DNA of 64,000 bases from Limnothrix sp. BL-A-16 (GTDB lineage: Bacteria > Cyanobacteriota > Cyanobacteriia > CACIAM-69d). The position numbers were made by a program, and so were the translations under genes. Of this stretch, positions 62,106-64,000 are shown in pieces. Under the pieces are notes generated by a model. That model did not search any database. It saw only the letters and a program-made list of their open reading frames with translations, and was not told the DNA's origin. Location: assembly GCA_041937175.2 (NCBI GenBank), contig CP166615.1:1024001-1088000 (forward strand), in the 5' to 3' direction. Within the stretch, counting starts at the first letter, position 1. The number at the start of each line of letters is the position of its first letter.

Positions 62106-62846
62106 TCAGTCTCTGTTCTCCAATAGTTGATTAAAGCGGTGAATTTGCCAAAAAACATGGTTCAACCGCCGTTGATCGTCTAAACCCATGGCGAGTTCCT
62201 GGGTAGTTTGCCAGCGGGTTTGATCGAGCCACAGCTCAAAAACTGCTCCATGGGGGATGGAAATTTGCCATGTTCTTGGGGAGCCGAGGATCTCTGAGAT
62301 TAGGTGTTGCAAGATCCAGTGATGGGTGATGATCCAAAGGCAGGGATCGGGATTTTGTGGCTCTGTTTCGGTGGGGTTTGTATCAATAAATTGGCTAATT
62401 AGACCTTGTAAAAAGATCTGTGCGCGTGATCGCCCGGCTTCTAGGGTTTCTGATTGCGGAATTGGGATCCATTCCCAGGAATTTTCCAGTTTTTGGCAAA
62501 GTTCGGGATATTGTCGCCTGGCTTCGCTCCAGGTCAGCCCCTGAAAAATGCCGTTGTCAAATTCGCAAAGGTGGGTGTCGGTGATGATGGGCGGTAGGGG
62601 CCGATCGCCCGTGGTCGGGTGGGCCATGGCGGCCGATCGCGCCAGTTGGGCAGTTTCTTGGGCCCGTTGTTGGGGACTGCTGTAAATGGTTTGGGGATGG
62701 GCTCCCTGTTGGGCCAGGGCTTGGCCAAGCGATCGCGCTTGGGTTTGACCCCGATCGGTCAAGGGGTCGTCGGCTCGCCCCATCATTCGCCCCGCTGCAT
62801 TCCCGATCGACTCCGTATGACGGATAAAAAAGAGTTTCAGCATCAA
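62106..62846 (-). CDS. Histidine phosphatase family protein
   Basis: FIRHTES (RHG-like), YSSPQQRAQETA and ITH. Confidence 0.85.
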   Translation of the reverse strand: MMLKLFFIRHTESIGNAAGRMMGRADDPLTDRGQTQARSLGQALAQQGAHPQTIYSSPQQRAQETAQLARSAAMAHPTTGDRPLPPIITDTHLCEFDNGIFQGLTWSEARRQYPELCQKLENSWEWIPIPQSETLEAGRSRAQIFLQGLISQFIDTNPTETEPQNPDPCLWIITHHWILQHLISEILGSPRTWQISIPHGAVFELWLDQTRWQTTQELAMGLDDQRRLNHVFWQIHRFNQLLENRD

Positions 62847-62995
62847 TTAGAATTCGTGGCCCTTAGGAAGGGGTAGAACGCATTGGGCAAGCTCCTACAA
62901 TAATTGGGGAGTTTGGAATTGGGGAGTCTGGCGATCGGGCCTTGGCTGTCCATGCCCAGATCCCTTCTCAACCGCCGCGTTCAAAACCAGAGCCG

Positions 62996-63328
62996 ATGCT
63001 ACTAAAGTCCACCACCCGCCATATCCGCATCTTCGCCGCCGAGTTGGCCAATGATGATATTGTGCCGAGCGAAACGAAGCTCACGATTGATGTTGATCCC
63101 GACAATGAGTTTTTGTGGAATCCGGAGGCGCTCCAACAGGTCTACCGTAAGTTTGAAGAGCTGGTGGCCCAGTCGGCGGGTCAAGATCTGACGGAATACA
63201 ACTTGCGGCGAATTGGGTCAGATTTGGAGCATTTTGTGCGATCGCTGTTGCAAAATGGCACGATCGCCTACAACTTGGAAACCCGCGCGGTGAATTACAG
63301 CATGGGCTTGCCGCAGGTTTCGCCCTAG
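62996..63328 (+). CDS. ndhM: NDH-1 subunit M
   Basis: MLLKSTTRHIRIF, DVDPDNEF, YNLRRIGSDLE and NYSMGLP. Confidence 0.95.
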   Translation: MLLKSTTRHIRIFAAELANDDIVPSETKLTIDVDPDNEFLWNPEALQQVYRKFEELVAQSAGQDLTEYNLRRIGSDLEHFVRSLLQNGTIAYNLETRAVNYSMGLPQVSP

Positions 63329-63493
63329 GGGTTGTGCTCGGTGCGATCGGGGCTTGATTGGGGTTTGGTCAGTTTCTGAGCATGGCCCGATCAATTTCTG
63401 GTCTGTCCGATTCGGTCTGTTTGAGCGGTCTGATCAGTTGCAGTTCAAGGCGTTAATTCTGCCAGCTCAACAGCTCCAACCCCAGGCCACAGA

Positions 63494-63513
63494 CAAGGGG
63501 CTTAAGCCCCTTG
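63494..63513. repeat. Perfect palindrome CAAGGGGCTTAAGCCCCTTG
   Basis: Lies between convergent ndhM and menD. Confidence 0.88.
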
Positions 63514-63565
63514 CCCCTCGGTTGATCGCGGAACCTCAAGAACCTGTTCCCCGCAGGCCTTCGCC

Positions 63566-64000
63566 CTAAGCAGCCAACTGCCGGAAAAAAGATTGCCGCC
63601 ACTGGGCATCCCGCTTGCGATCGCACAAAAATTCCAGCACGCGAATGCCTTGGGCGGGCAGTTGGCTCAAGGAGTCGCAAAACTGCTGCCATTGGGTAAT
63701 TTGCCGATATTCAATGCCATAGCTCTGGCAAAGGCTGGCAAAGTTGACCGATTGCGGTGTGGCAAAAAACTCCTCAAAAGGGGGTTCAAACTGCGAAACG
63801 GGCAGCATTTCAAAGATGCCGCCGCCGTTGTTGTTAATCAGCAAAATGGTGAGGCTGCCTTGGAAGTGGCGACGGGCTAAGAAGCCGTTGGTGTCGTGCA
63901 ACAGGGCCAAATCTCCGGTGAGCATCACGGTTGGGCGATGGTGTTGGGCAAGGCCGATCGCGGTGGAAAGGCTGCCATCAATGCCGTTGGCTCCCCGATT
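63566..64000 (-). CDS. menD: SEPHCHC synthase, C-terminal part (runs off the window)
   Basis: [26 protein letters not shown] and FATPQ. Confidence 0.93.
   Translation of the reverse strand, partial: NRGANGIDGSLSTAIGLAQHHRPTVMLTGDLALLHDTNGFLARRHFQGSLTILLINNNGGGIFEMLPVSQFEPPFEEFFATPQSVNFASLCQSYGIEYRQITQWQQFCDSLSQLPAQGIRVLEFLCDRKRDAQWRQSFFRQLAA

Noticed and set aside
63326..63568. Possible MITE spanning the ndhM-menD gap (TA-GGG...CCC-TA)
   Set aside because: Ends are not complementary beyond 3 bp; only the internal palindrome is supported.
1..64000. Very frequent GCGATCGC / CGATCG
   Set aside because: This is the well-known cyanobacterial HIP1 sequence; useful for taxonomy, not novel.

Overview
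Chromosomal window from a HIP1 (GCGATCGC)-rich cyanobacterium, mostly housekeeping and signalling genes. Photosynthesis and respiration: petN, petG, cytM, chlP, ndhM, menD (partial). Metabolism: panC/cmk, gcvP, nadE, rsmD, a DUF39-type homocysteine-synthesis gene. Also three K+ channel-type genes, four sensor histidine kinases, a single-domain response regulator, and a Wsp-like chemosensory set (CheR-TPR, double CheW, MCP, CheA-REC) with no CheB or output protein in view. Four short genes missing from the ORF track were read by hand: petN, petG, metallothionein smtA (with an SmtB/ArsR-type operator) and an unnamed 44-aa single-pass membrane ORF after petN. The mobile content is the most unusual part: a solo intact tnpB and at least two families of 100-145 bp MITEs. 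Most of the MITEs carry the same perfect palindrome CAAGGGGCTTAAGCCCCTTG. One MITE sits in the centre of that palindrome inside a MITE of the other family (55136-55409), and two others complete host stop codons. Other points are a solo AddB-like nuclease and a remnant of a YeeC/T5orf172-like gene. No rRNA, tRNA or CRISPR array was seen. All calls come from motif recognition by eye, with no database search.
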